A stretch of DNA of 62,643 nucleotides, filler included, from Myxococcota bacterium (GTDB lineage Bacteria > Myxococcota_C > UBA6777): the NCBI GenBank assembly GCA_023150835.1. It is 3 parts of 3 records of this genome, joined end to end, with 100 filler letters (N's around TTAATTAATTAA, not from the genome) between each part and the next. Parts side by side here need not be neighbours in the genome. Positions count along the whole stretch, not along the records: positions 1 to 17,258 come from JAKLKB010000142.1; 2 more parts are not named here. The stretch is one strand, 5' to 3'. Below are positions 1-10,107 of this stretch, in pieces (the first letter of the stretch is position 1; the number at the start of each line of letters is the position of its first letter). The notes under the pieces are model-generated. The model had not been told where the DNA came from. It did no database searches and worked only from the letters and a program-made list of their open reading frames with translations. The translations under genes were made by a program, and so were the position numbers.

Positions 1-420
1 CTGCAAACCTCCAACAGCCACCTCGACAAAGTCCTTCTTCTATACCTATCAAAACACCCGTATCTTCCGAACAAAAACACACGCCTCCCCCTCATCTTCC
101 TGTTGCTACCGCACGAAACTTCCCCACAAATCCTCCCTCCTCCGCCACAACCCCACCCTCTCCACGCGCCACCTCTCCTTCTTATACGCACGCAGAACAA
201 TCTCTCCCTCGTCGATCTTCTCCGTCTTATCCTTCTGCACAACAAATCCCAAGCCCCTCCTTCGACTCTCCGCTTGATGTCGTCGCTGGCACCCCTTCCC
301 GACGCGAAGCAGCCCTCCAACAAGACTCCCTCCGCGCCAAACCTCCCTCTCCCCTCGGCACCACCGAACACAAGAATGAACAGAAAAACGACAGCAAATC
401 GCCCTCTGTCATCCCCGTGA
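1..420 (+). CDS. hypothetical protein, 5'-partial
   Basis: Frame 1 is open from the window edge to TGA at 418-420, overlapping the GTG start of the next gene (GTGA coupling); no recognisable motif. Confidence 0.45.
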   Translation: MQTSNSHLDKVLLLYLSKHPYLPNKNTRLPLIFLLLPHETSPQILPPPPQPHPLHAPPLLLIRTQNNLSLVDLLRLILLHNKSQAPPSTLRLMSSLAPLPDAKQPSNKTPSAPNLPLPSAPPNTRMNRKTTANRPLSSP

Positions 421-2543
421 ACACCGAAAAATCTGCTCTGCTCTCTTCTTCAGAAACCACACCCAAGCCTGTGATACCGACCTCTCCATCGACCGCTCCT
501 CCCGACGATATCTCCCTTCCTGCGATCCCCACCCTCTTACTTTTGCCCGTCTCTGGCGCGCCCCCGAACCTTGCTGCTTTCTCCGAAGATCTCGCCCGCA
601 CACTCACCGAACAACTCAGCCTCTTCCCAAACATCAGCGTCTCCCCACCCGAAGTCGCTTCTCAAACACGCGGAAAAAATATTACCCTCAAACAATTCCA
701 TCGAGACTTCGGAGCCGATCTTCTCCTCACTCTCCAAGTCAAACACCAGCAAAACGACAATATCGAACTCAGTATGCGCATCCAAGCCACCGTCGGCGGA
801 AAAATCTTATACACCGGTCGCCTTCCATCTTCCGCCCAAAGTGCTTTCTCCGCTGCTCAACAGATCCTTCGTGAACTGCATGAACCTCTTCAACTCCCCA
901 ATCCCCAAAAGCCCGCTGCTTCCGAGTCCCCAAAGCCCGTTGCTTCCGAGTCCCCAAAGCCCGCTGCTTTCGAGTCCCCAAAGCCCGCTGCTTCCGAGTC
1001 CCCAAAGCCCGCTGCTTTCGAGTCCCCAAAGCCCGCTGCTTCCGAGTCCCCAAAGCCCGTTGCTTCCGAGTCCCCAAAGCCTTTTGCGCCAAGACCCGAA
1101 GTGGCGTTCCCCCAAAAAGAACCCCTCGACGTCAAACAAGCCACCCCCCCGCTCAACAGCGGCAAAGGTGCGCTGCCCAAAGAGAACAAAGCTGCGCTAT
1201 CGCTAGAAGATGATTTTGCGGCTATTTTTCCACCCTCTCCCTCAAGAGCAACCGTTCCTCCTTTGACAGATCCCCAAGCCATCGCCACAGACGCTTTTTT
1301 CGGCGATGATCTCTTTCCACCGAAATCTCCCACCGAAGGAGCATTTCTGTTTTCTGCGGATTCGATCGGGGATGATTTTTTGCTTCCCACCTCCAGCATC
1401 GATGAGGACTTCCTCAGTCCTCTTCCTCCGCCTCATAAAAGTGTTCTTTCTCCTGTTCCATCCGCTCGATCTGCTCCGCCTGCTCCGTCCGCTCCGCCCG
1501 CTCGAACTGCGCTGCCTCCCCAGCCTGTGGCTTTTGTGCAGATCTCGTCTTCCAAAGAAGCCCTGCAACAACTCCTGCGCGCCAAAACCAGCCTCAACAA
1601 GCAATGGCAAGGGGACCTTTCGGAGCCTCTCGCTCTTTTTGAGTCCCTTCAAAAAGACTTCCCCCAAGATCCCGCTCCTCTCGCAGGCATCGCGATCATC
1701 AAAGCACGTCAAGCCTTTCCCTCTTCAGGCCCCAACGATCCACCCCTGCAAGACGCCCGAAAGACCGCACTCTCCGCCATCGCTCTCGATCCAGAACATG
1801 CCAACTCCCTCTATGCTCTCGCGTTGATCGACTTTTATCGGCACGCTTGGGAGGATGCTCTTCGTTCTCTTGCCAAACTCCTCGAACAAGGCCACCCCCA
1901 TCCCAAAGCCCACGCTCTCCTTGGCAGCATCATGCTTGAGATCGGCTCTCTTGGGGGGGCGATCGACAATCTCCAACACGCCCTCGCCCTCGATCCCACT
2001 TACCTGACCGCACGCTTTGAGATCGCCCGTGGTTACGCACTTCTCGAACAATGGAGCGACGTCGATCGCCTGCTCGAACTTCCCGCTCCCAACGAACAAG
2101 ACGAACGCACGCGCAACCTCTACCAAGCCCGCCTCAACCTCTGGCGACCCGACCCTCAAAGGCTGGAGATCTCTGCCCCAATCGCCGCAGACAACCAGAC
2201 ACAACAAAGCCTTCGCATCCTCAACCACGTCCGCGCCACCAAACAATTCCCCAAAACCCTCCAAACTCGTTTCTACCAAACACGCATCGCCACTACCAAA
2301 AGTCTGCGCCTTCACTTGCTCATGCGCCAAGAACTGATCGAGATCCTCGCTTTTGTCCAAGATTGGGATGCCGCTTTTTCTGTTCTCCAAGAAGCCTTTG
2401 ATCTCCAACTCTATGATCTCAATTGGCTCTCTCGATGCCCTCTCTTCCAACCCGTTCAACAAGATCCCCGCTATCTCCGCTTCCTCGAACAACTCAAGCT
2501 CCGCGTCCTCCCCCTCCACAAACGCCTTCAAGAAACCTATTAA
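417..2543 (+). CDS. TolB-like N-terminal domain / Pro-rich linker / TPR protein
   Basis: 708-aa ORF; N-terminal LLLLPV...LARTLTEQLSLFPNISV...FGADLLL resembles TolB-N-like modules; C-terminal TPR-like helices (ALALDP, AHALLGSIML). Confidence 0.65.
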   Translation: MNTEKSALLSSSETTPKPVIPTSPSTAPPDDISLPAIPTLLLLPVSGAPPNLAAFSEDLARTLTEQLSLFPNISVSPPEVASQTRGKNITLKQFHRDFGADLLLTLQVKHQQNDNIELSMRIQATVGGKILYTGRLPSSAQSAFSAAQQILRELHEPLQLPNPQKPAASESPKPVASESPKPAAFESPKPAASESPKPAAFESPKPAASESPKPVASESPKPFAPRPEVAFPQKEPLDVKQATPPLNSGKGALPKENKAALSLEDDFAAIFPPSPSRATVPPLTDPQAIATDAFFGDDLFPPKSPTEGAFLFSADSIGDDFLLPTSSIDEDFLSPLPPPHKSVLSPVPSARSAPPAPSAPPARTALPPQPVAFVQISSSKEALQQLLRAKTSLNKQWQGDLSEPLALFESLQKDFPQDPAPLAGIAIIKARQAFPSSGPNDPPLQDARKTALSAIALDPEHANSLYALALIDFYRHAWEDALRSLAKLLEQGHPHPKAHALLGSIMLEIGSLGGAIDNLQHALALDPTYLTARFEIARGYALLEQWSDVDRLLELPAPNEQDERTRNLYQARLNLWRPDPQRLEISAPIAADNQTQQSLRILNHVRATKQFPKTLQTRFYQTRIATTKSLRLHLLMRQELIEILAFVQDWDAAFSVLQEAFDLQLYDLNWLSRCPLFQPVQQDPRYLRFLEQLKLRVLPLHKRLQETY
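909..1076 (+). repeat. in-frame 24-bp tandem repeat x7 (KPAASESP)
   Basis: aagcccgctgcttccgagtcccca unit with minor variants. Confidence 0.95.
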
Positions 2544-2657
2544 GACGATATCCGAGCGATGTACACAGCAACGGAGAGTACGTAGACGCCCTATGATCGG
2601 GCAGCCACCCCTGTCTGCCCCTACCTCTTGACGTGTACACGATGGGCGGATCTCGTA
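2544..2657 (-). repeat. dispersed repeat family 1 (MITE/REP-like), reverse copy
   Basis: Reverse complement matches 34993-35106 (TACGARATCCG...GTAGGGGCAG...GTGGCTGCCC...GTCTACGTAC...CTCGGAT). Confidence 0.85.
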
Positions 2658-2756
2658 CAAATCATCGGAGCGACTGAACGACAAAAAAACCCTCGTGAGA
2701 CGATCCCACCCCCCCCAACCACCAACGGAACGCTCAACATACCGCACAGGAAAACG

Positions 2757-5468
2757 ATGAGGATCCCCAATACCCCCGATTCACCGAACCCATCTCCCGA
2801 TTCACCCACGACAACCAAGCGGCCCGCTTCGTTGTCGCTTGGCGACAGCACCCCAACAGCTTCGCTCTCTCTCGCCGAGGCCGCTTCGACAGCTTCGCTC
2901 TCTCTCGCCGAGGCCGCTTCGACAGCTTCGCTCTCTCTCGCCGAGGCCGCTTCGACAGCTTCGCTCTCTCTCGCCGAGGCCGCTTCGACAGCAGTCTTTC
3001 CACCTCGCACGCCCGAACTGCTCGCTCCCGCTGGAAACTGGGATTGCGCCCGCGCTGCCGTCGCCGCAGGGGCCGACGCCATCTACTTTGGTCTCCAAAG
3101 CTTCAATGCGCGTATGCGTGCAGATAACTTTACCAACGAAGATCTGCCTGATCTGATGCGCTATCTCCATGCTCACGGTGTTCGGGGCTTCGTCACGATG
3201 AATACCCTGATCTTTCCACAAGAGATCGCTGAAGCCGAGTCGTACTTGCGTACCCTCGAAGCCGCAAAAGTCGACGCCGTGATCATCCAAGATCTCGGAC
3301 TGGCGTGGCTGATGCGCGAAGTTGCTCCTTCGCTCGAACTTCACGCTTCCACACAGATGACCGTCACTTCCCCCGAAGGGCTTCACTTCCTTGATGGGAT
3401 CTTGCGTCTCGATCGCGTGGTGCTTGCTCGCGAGCTGAGTCTGCATGAGATCCAGAAGTTTTCTCCCCTCACGCAGCGCGTCCCCCTCGAAGTCTTTGTA
3501 CATGGTGCTTTGTGTGTGGCCTACTCTGGGCAATGTCTCACCAGCGAAAGCCTCGGTCAACGCTCCGCAAATCGTGGTGAATGCGCCCAAGCCTGTCGGA
3601 TGCCGTATGAACTGGTCGTCGATGGGCAAACCCGCCCGATGGGTGAGCAACGCTATCTATTGAGCCCCCAAGACCTCGCTGCGATCGACTTGATCGAGCC
3701 TCTTGTTCGTCTCGGCGTGGCCACCTTTAAGATCGAAGGACGCCTGAAATCGCCAGAATATGTCACGGCTGTCACCCGTGTTTATCGCAAAGCCCTTGAT
3801 GCCGCCATCGCTGGACAAGTGGGCCCTGAGATCATCCAACAGGCCGATCGTTACGCGCTGGAGATGACTTTCTCTCGTGGCCTTTCCTCGGGTTGGCTGG
3901 AAGGCACCAACCATCCGCGTCTTACACACGGTCGCTTTGGTAAAAAACGCGGTGTCTTCCTTGGGGAGATCGCCCAAGTCGGGGCTGGATGGGTGTTGTT
4001 GCGTCGTGCCGATCTCCATACACCCCTCAAGCCCGAGGATGGCGTGGTCTTTGACGCGGGCGAAGATCGCAATGATGAACAAGGCGCTCGGATCTGGCGC
4101 ATCGAAGGCGATCGCTTGTTCTTTCACCGCCGCAGTAAGCTCCATTGGCCCCGCATCCAGATCGGACAAAAGCTCTGGAAGACCGATGATCCTGTCCTTA
4201 ACAAAGAACTTCGCCAAGCATGGGAGAGCTTTTCACTCGATATCCCCAAAGATCCGCTGACGATCCGTGTCGAAGGCCATGCAGGCGTTCCCTTGCGCCT
4301 TTCGGCTCGCGGCGTCTCTGTCGAAAGCGCTACACCCCTTGAGGCCGCCCAAAAACATCCGCTCACCACCGAGACCCTCCAAGCCCAACTCGGTCGCCTT
4401 GGTGAGACACCTTTTTCGCTGGCGTCTCTCGAAGATCTCTTGCAGGGCGACGTCATGCTGCCCGTCAGTGTGCTCAATCGCTTGCGTCGCGCTCTCGTCG
4501 ATGCCCTTCTCTCTGCGCCCCCTCCCGCTGCGCCTGAAAAAACGCCGCTCCGTTATGCGCAGCTTTTGCCCGAACGACCGAACGAGACGCCTCCCCCTCC
4601 CACGCTTCGGGTCTTGTGCCGCACTCTCGAACAGATCGAAGCCGCCCTCGCCTTCGATCTCGCCGCGATCTATGTGGATTTTGAAGACGTTCGCCGTTTC
4701 AAAGACGCCCTCCAACTCGCTCGCTCGCACACAAAGGCCCCGCCGATCTTGCTTGCCACCCCGCGCATCCAAAAAGCCGGTGAGATCGGCTATTTCAGCC
4801 TGATCAAAAAACTAGAACCTGACGGGGTGTTGATCCGCAATCTCGGTGCGCTGCATTTTTTCCGCGATATGCCGCACCTTCAACTCGTCGGAGACTTTTC
4901 TCTCAACATCGCCAACCCCTTGACCGCTCGCTTGTTGCGTGAACACACCGCCCTTCGGCACTTTACGATCTCTTGTGACCTCGATATCCAACAAGTGATC
5001 GATCTGCTGCGTTCGGCTCCCCCTGCTTGGTTTGAACTGATCTTGCACCAACACATCCCCATGTTTCACATGGAACATTGCGTCTTTTGTGCCTTCCTTT
5101 CTTCTGGAAAAGACTACAAAGATTGCGGTCGCCCCTGTGATACACACTCCGTTCATCTGCGCGACCGTGTCGGGCAACTTCACCGCCTCCAAGCGGATGT
5201 CGGCTGCCGCAACACCCTCTTCAATGGCCGCGCACAGACAGGCGCACGCTTTTTCCCCCAACTCCAAGCCGCTGGCTTACACCGCTACCGCCTCGAACTA
5301 CTTGATGAGTCTGCCGCCCAAACCACCGCACACATCGACGCCTATCTTCGCCTATTGTCCGGCCAAACCGACGGACAACAGATCTGGCGGCGACTCGGGG
5401 CGCTCGAACGTCTCGGTGTCACCGAAGGAACCCTCGATAGCCGACCGCGCAGATCAGAGGGGGGCTAA
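2757..5468 (+). CDS. U32 family peptidase-like protein with DUF3656-type C-terminal region (RlhA-like rRNA hydroxylation family)
   Basis: PELLAPAG, GADAIYFG, LHASTQM, EVFVHGALCVAYSGQC, SANRGECAQACR, FKIEGRLKS motifs; ATG 2757 preceded by AGGA. Confidence 0.9.
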   Translation: MRIPNTPDSPNPSPDSPTTTKRPASLSLGDSTPTASLSLAEAASTASLSLAEAASTASLSLAEAASTASLSLAEAASTAVFPPRTPELLAPAGNWDCARAAVAAGADAIYFGLQSFNARMRADNFTNEDLPDLMRYLHAHGVRGFVTMNTLIFPQEIAEAESYLRTLEAAKVDAVIIQDLGLAWLMREVAPSLELHASTQMTVTSPEGLHFLDGILRLDRVVLARELSLHEIQKFSPLTQRVPLEVFVHGALCVAYSGQCLTSESLGQRSANRGECAQACRMPYELVVDGQTRPMGEQRYLLSPQDLAAIDLIEPLVRLGVATFKIEGRLKSPEYVTAVTRVYRKALDAAIAGQVGPEIIQQADRYALEMTFSRGLSSGWLEGTNHPRLTHGRFGKKRGVFLGEIAQVGAGWVLLRRADLHTPLKPEDGVVFDAGEDRNDEQGARIWRIEGDRLFFHRRSKLHWPRIQIGQKLWKTDDPVLNKELRQAWESFSLDIPKDPLTIRVEGHAGVPLRLSARGVSVESATPLEAAQKHPLTTETLQAQLGRLGETPFSLASLEDLLQGDVMLPVSVLNRLRRALVDALLSAPPPAAPEKTPLRYAQLLPERPNETPPPPTLRVLCRTLEQIEAALAFDLAAIYVDFEDVRRFKDALQLARSHTKAPPILLATPRIQKAGEIGYFSLIKKLEPDGVLIRNLGALHFFRDMPHLQLVGDFSLNIANPLTARLLREHTALRHFTISCDLDIQQVIDLLRSAPPAWFELILHQHIPMFHMEHCVFCAFLSSGKDYKDCGRPCDTHSVHLRDRVGQLHRLQADVGCRNTLFNGRAQTGARFFPQLQAAGLHRYRLELLDESAAQTTAHIDAYLRLLSGQTDGQQIWRRLGALERLGVTEGTLDSRPRRSEGG
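2856..2987 (+). repeat. in-frame 33-bp tandem repeat x4 (TASLSLAEAAS)
   Basis: acagcttcgctctctctcgccgaggccgcttcg repeated four times in the N-terminal extension. Confidence 0.95.
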
Positions 5469-5519
5469 ATAGAACAGCGACGCGTTTTGAAGGGTCTTGT
5501 GGGGTTCTACCCCATACGC

Positions 5520-5562
5520 GCTACGTACTCTCCATTGCTGTGTACATCGCTCGAATCTCGTG
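5520..5562 (+). repeat. family 1 repeat, 3' half
   Basis: ctacgtactctccattgctgtgtacatcgctcg nearly identical to the reverse complement of the 2544-2657 copy. Confidence 0.7.
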
Positions 5563-6870
5563 TTAGGGCTTCGCCAAGATCGCCTCCACCGTCTTCTTGA
5601 GCGATGGCAAGAGCGCTTTTGTAGGCGGCTGCTCGATCATCGCGTGAAGACGCGGAAGGGCCGCGACAGCACGCCATCTCATCCGCTCTAAGATCCGCAA
5701 TATCCGCTGTTGTAGCGCCAGATCTGCTTGTAAAAAAACTTCCAACAGCGCAGGCACCGCACGCAACGAAAGACGTTGCAAAGCGATCTCTGCGTGCGTT
5801 TGGGTCTTTTTTGGGGATCGACGCAACGCACGCAACAGCGTATCGAGCGGCAGAGCGCAATGCCCCAGTTTGCAAAGGACATACGCCGCTTGCACAGAGA
5901 CCAACTCTTCGGGATGCACCAACAATCGCTCGATCTCAGGAAGCAGCCGATCCGCCCGCTGTTGTAGGCGAAGGATTGCGCGGCTCGCTTGCAGACGGAT
6001 GTGCGCGTTTTGGTGCTGCATCAACGACAGTAACAGATCGCAGCCTTGCGATCGTTGTTTTTGGCAAAGCGCGTAGGCTGCCGACGTGACAAGCAGCGGC
6101 TCGCGCAGATCCAACAATGCGCGCTGCAACCTCTGCAACACAACGGGCGAAGACTGCGCAGGGATCGCTCCAAGCGCAAACGCCGCATTGTAGCGCACGA
6201 TGATCATCGCGTCCCCTAAAGCCCCCATCACTCCAGACGGACAGCGTGAGGGCGTCATCCCAAGAAGCCCTTGGATGCGCACCGCTTCACGCCGCACGAT
6301 CCATTGCTTGTCTTTCATCGCATCACAAAGCTGCCGGCAAGCCACCGCCGCTCCCCCTTGGAGCGCACACATCGCAGCGGCAGCCCACGTCCGATCGATC
6401 GCAGAAGACGAACGCACACGGATATCATCCAGCGTGCGAAGGCTTTCTTCTGCAGGCAAGCGCAACGTCGCCAAAAGCTGGATCCCCAAACGACGGGCGG
6501 GAAGATACGGATCTTGCCAAACAATCCATTGCAGCCGCTGATCGAGGCCCACAGACAACAGCGTGGTGCGCGATAGCCCCGATGACTTTTCCAACAAACG
6601 CAGTGCTTGCAAACGAATCTGCTGGTTTGGATCGTCTAGCGATTTGGCAACGTCCCTCACTTCCGAGGACTTCAAGGCTTGCTTTTGTGCTGAACGCTGA
6701 TACAACGAAAACATCCGATGCGCGGGTGTTTGCACAACGGGTTCGGCGCGTTGTGCCGCCAATGGCACACATCCCCAAACACACACGCTCCACCCCAAAC
6801 ACAGCACCATCCGCATCCCAAACCAATCTCGCACCCACAAAGCCACGCCTCCCTTCCACAACGCGCCCAC
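5563..6870 (-). CDS. HEAT-repeat protein, possibly exported/lipoprotein
   Basis: Repeated VRxxAxxALG-like helices; hydrophobic N-terminus with WGC; true start may be slightly downstream. Confidence 0.7.
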   Translation of the reverse strand: MGALWKGGVALWVRDWFGMRMVLCLGWSVCVWGCVPLAAQRAEPVVQTPAHRMFSLYQRSAQKQALKSSEVRDVAKSLDDPNQQIRLQALRLLEKSSGLSRTTLLSVGLDQRLQWIVWQDPYLPARRLGIQLLATLRLPAEESLRTLDDIRVRSSSAIDRTWAAAAMCALQGGAAVACRQLCDAMKDKQWIVRREAVRIQGLLGMTPSRCPSGVMGALGDAMIIVRYNAAFALGAIPAQSSPVVLQRLQRALLDLREPLLVTSAAYALCQKQRSQGCDLLLSLMQHQNAHIRLQASRAILRLQQRADRLLPEIERLLVHPEELVSVQAAYVLCKLGHCALPLDTLLRALRRSPKKTQTHAEIALQRLSLRAVPALLEVFLQADLALQQRILRILERMRWRAVAALPRLHAMIEQPPTKALLPSLKKTVEAILAKP

Positions 6871-6946
6871 ACCAGCGCCCGCTCGCCTTCATTTAAACCC
6901 ATCCATCCGAGAACGCAACCCGCGAAGATCTTGCGGTGTGGGATGA

Positions 6947-7058
6947 TACGAAATCCGCAGGGTGTGTGATCGTAAAACGTAGGGGCAGACAGGTGTGGCT
7001 GCCCAACCGTAGGGCATCTACGCACGATCCTTCGATCACACATCTTGCGGATTTCGTA
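6947..7058 (+). mobile_element. family 1 MITE-like element, complete copy
   Basis: Perfect terminal inverted repeat TACGAAATCCGCA/TGCGGATTTCGTA, TGA on both flanks, internal GGGCAG...CTGCCC palindrome. Confidence 0.75.
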
Positions 7059-7148
7059 TGATTTGTGTTTTCCGTCATACCGAGTTTGCTGGTTTGACGA
7101 ACAAGCAATTTGGACGGTTTGTTTGTGTCGCAAAAGAAGGAGCGTGCG

Positions 7149-7940
7149 ATGGATACGCCAAAACCATCGACAACATTTGAAAAACTCAGTCAGATCGGTC
7201 ATGCAAGCATGAATCTCTGCAATCCGCTCAGCGAGGCCAAACTGGGCCAGATGTTGCGGATCTTACCGCTACAAGAACGTGCCAAAGTCTTGGATATCGG
7301 CTGCGGAAAAGGCGAGATGTTGATTCGCTTGGCCGAGCGCTTTGGCATCGACGGGGTGGGCGTGGATATCTCGGAGGCATTCTTGCACGAAGCCCGAGAA
7401 CAAGCGCGTTTGCGTGTTCCACGACGGCATATCGATTTCCTTTTGGCCGATGTTCGGCAACTTTCTTTAACCCCCAAACACTTTGACCTTGGGATGTGTG
7501 TCGGTGCAACCCAAGCGCTCGGCTCGATGACACTTACTTTGGCTCGACTCAAAGAGCTTGTACGCCCGGGTGGATGGATCCTCGTCGCCGAAGGATTTTG
7601 GAGGCGGCCTCCTGCCCCCGAGTATCTCGAATTCTTGCAATGCGATGCGCAGATCTACCGCACCCACGCCGGCAACGTCGAGCTAGGGCAACAAGAAGGA
7701 CTGACTTATCTTTTTGGGCTGGTTTGTGAGCGCGAAGAGTTCGATCTCTACGAAGGAACCTATCTGTTCAATCTCGAATCCTATTGTGCCGAGCACCCCA
7801 ACGAACCCGAAAACGATACGATGTTGCGGCGTATCCGCCGCTGGCACAGCCATTATCTGCGCTATGGGCGTGATACTTTGGGTTTTGGCTTTTACCTGTT
7901 TCGCACCCCCGAGAATGCCCCCTCACACGCCCGCCCCTGA
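7149..7940 (+). CDS. class I SAM-dependent methyltransferase
   Basis: VLDIGCGKGE motif I, GVDIS, RPGGWILV; AAGGAG RBS before ATG 7149. Confidence 0.9.
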   Translation: MDTPKPSTTFEKLSQIGHASMNLCNPLSEAKLGQMLRILPLQERAKVLDIGCGKGEMLIRLAERFGIDGVGVDISEAFLHEAREQARLRVPRRHIDFLLADVRQLSLTPKHFDLGMCVGATQALGSMTLTLARLKELVRPGGWILVAEGFWRRPPAPEYLEFLQCDAQIYRTHAGNVELGQQEGLTYLFGLVCEREEFDLYEGTYLFNLESYCAEHPNEPENDTMLRRIRRWHSHYLRYGRDTLGFGFYLFRTPENAPSHARP

Positions 7941-8048
7941 AACATCCTTGCGCCTTTCTTGCTCCATGCGCCGGAAGGTGATCTGCCGCTGGTGTTTGCC
8001 TTCGTGGGTCACCTGAAACATCCTTGCGCCTTTCTTGTTCCATGCGCC
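7936..8048. repeat. 37-bp direct repeat x2 with 39-bp spacer
   Basis: cctgaaacatccttgcgcctttcttgYtccatgcgcc at 7936-7972 and 8012-8048. Confidence 0.85.
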
Positions 8049-8131
8049 TATGTACGCTCCCCAATTGCCTCTTGGCGCGAAGGCGGCTATCTTTGGCCAA
8101 AGAAACAGAGCATACCTCGCTTGAGATCTGC

Positions 8132-8494
8132 ATGACCAAAGAACCCGTTATCACAAAATCCACAAACGCCCTCTCCGACGCCTCGGCAGAGATCCCACCC
8201 ACCGCAGGCGCTTTTTCGCAAAAACAAACGCTGGCATGGGCGATGGTCGCTTCTTCTTTTGTGCTGTACGCCTCGCTGTTTTTCATCCCTTTTTTGTCGT
8301 GGGGAGCGCGTCCGAAACTGATGCTTTTTGGCATCTTGTTTGTGGCAAGCGAAGTGACCTTCTGGGTTGGCGGATGGATCTTGGGAAAAGAAGTGTTTCA
8401 ACGCTACAAGGCTTATTTCAATCCGTTGTCGTGGTGGAAGCGTCCGCAAAAACATGAAGGAGAAACCGATGGTCAACACAAAGGAGACGGATAA
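8132..8494 (+). CDS. transporter suffix domain-like small membrane protein
   Basis: Two TM helices ending in SEVTFWVGGWILGKEVFQRYKAYFNP. Confidence 0.7.
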   Translation: MTKEPVITKSTNALSDASAEIPPTAGAFSQKQTLAWAMVASSFVLYASLFFIPFLSWGARPKLMLFGILFVASEVTFWVGGWILGKEVFQRYKAYFNPLSWWKRPQKHEGETDGQHKGDG

Positions 8495-10028
8495 CCAAGG
8501 GAATGGGCTGCAAGACCTTGGGTGGTTGTTGTTGGGGACGGTGTGTATGGCCTTGAGCGCGGGGCGTTGGAATGTGCCTCTGGCTGCGTGGTTGGGGCCT
8601 TTGTTTGTGTTGCGTTATACAAGATCGCAACCGATCCTACGCGGCTATCTATCGGCACTTCCGTTTGTTTTCGTGGGCGCGTGGGTGGGATTGTACGGCT
8701 TGATCCCGCAGCCTTTGGCGATGTACACCGCAACCGTGGCGTTTGGTGTGCTTATGGGTATGCTGCCTTACGTTCTGGATCGTTGGCTCTGGCCCCGCTT
8801 TTCGGGTATCGCAGCAACGTTGGTCTTGCCGTCCTCGGTGGCTGGGTTGGAATACTTGAATGCGATTAGCAATCCTTTCGGAACGTGGGGCGCTTCGGCC
8901 TACTCGCAGATCGCCTCTCCTGCATTGTTGCAGTTCTCTTCGGTCTTCGGGATCTGGGGGATCTCATTTTTGATGTTTTGGGCAGCGGCAGTCGCACACG
9001 AGGCTTGGATACACAAAGAGTCAAGACGACCTCCTGCCTTGTGTTTGTCTCTTTGGGTCGTATGCGCTGTCTTCTGTTGGGGCGGATGGCGCGTCACCAC
9101 GGAGAACCCGCGCCCCCAAACGATCCCTGCCGCAGGCGTCTTGTCTCCCAAGCACAAAGCCTTGTGGTCCCATCTCAGCCACGTTTTGTTAGAAGGCACC
9201 AAAGCGCCCCCCAACTTTTGGCAAGATCTGTATCGACTTGGTGCAGAAGTCAACGAAGATCTCTTCGCTCGCACCGAGGCTGCCGCCATCTCAGGAGCGC
9301 GCATTATCCTTTGGCCCGAAGCTGCCGCGCTCTTGCCCAAATCCAAAGAACCTGCTTGGCGCGATCGCGCCCGTCTGCTCGCACACAAACACAAGCTCTA
9401 TCTTGGCGCCACGTTGTGGGCCGTCTTGCACGAAGACTTCTCCAAGATCCCACAAAAAAAGATGGTCGAAAACCGCTTCCTCTTGTTCACACCCGACGGA
9501 AAGCTCGGATGGGACTACGCCAAGCGGATCCCTGTCCCGGGCGTTGAAGAAGCCATGACCGCCCAAGGACAAGCACCGCTCCCGCTGATCGAAACCGCCT
9601 ATGGCCGCATCGGTGGAGCGATCTGTTTCGATATGGACTTCCCTCAGATGATCCGCTCCTTGGGACAACGCCGCGCCGATATCCTGCTCGTCCCTGCGGG
9701 CGATTGGAAAGCCATCGCTCCCTACCACACACAGATGGCCTCCCTTCGAGCCATCGAAAATGGAGCCGCTTTACTGCGCGTCGTTAACAACGGATACTCC
9801 GCAGCTTACGACGCCAAAGGCCGCCTCCTCGGCGGCATGGACGCCTTCACCACACAAAGCCACCAACTCGCTATCGACCTTCCTGTCCGCTCTCACCATC
9901 GGACGCTTTACGCCTTCATCGGAGATCTTTTTGCATGGCTCTGCTTGCTTGGCTTCCTTGTCTTCGCCTTTTGGGGCTTTCGCCTCTCTCGTTCCACCCC
10001 ACCCCATCGCCCCGCCGACAATCTTTGA
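8469..10028 (+). CDS. apolipoprotein N-acyltransferase-like carbon-nitrogen hydrolase
   Basis: Multi-TM N-terminus; nitrilase-fold triad contexts LWPE, YAKRIPVP, ICFDMDFP; AAGGAG RBS. Confidence 0.85.
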   Translation: MVNTKETDNQGNGLQDLGWLLLGTVCMALSAGRWNVPLAAWLGPLFVLRYTRSQPILRGYLSALPFVFVGAWVGLYGLIPQPLAMYTATVAFGVLMGMLPYVLDRWLWPRFSGIAATLVLPSSVAGLEYLNAISNPFGTWGASAYSQIASPALLQFSSVFGIWGISFLMFWAAAVAHEAWIHKESRRPPALCLSLWVVCAVFCWGGWRVTTENPRPQTIPAAGVLSPKHKALWSHLSHVLLEGTKAPPNFWQDLYRLGAEVNEDLFARTEAAAISGARIILWPEAAALLPKSKEPAWRDRARLLAHKHKLYLGATLWAVLHEDFSKIPQKKMVENRFLLFTPDGKLGWDYAKRIPVPGVEEAMTAQGQAPLPLIETAYGRIGGAICFDMDFPQMIRSLGQRRADILLVPAGDWKAIAPYHTQMASLRAIENGAALLRVVNNGYSAAYDAKGRLLGGMDAFTTQSHQLAIDLPVRSHHRTLYAFIGDLFAWLCLLGFLVFAFWGFRLSRSTPPHRPADNL

Positions 10029-10107
10029 TGTGCCATGTTGTTCGTTCGGATGGTTCGTGCGCGTGATCTGTAGAGAAAGAGCGCACACAACACAAAGGAG
10101 TTTTTTG

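Noticed and set aside
7936-8048. Possible CRISPR mini-array
   Set aside because: Only two repeats, no typical repeat ends or leader, no cas genes in the window
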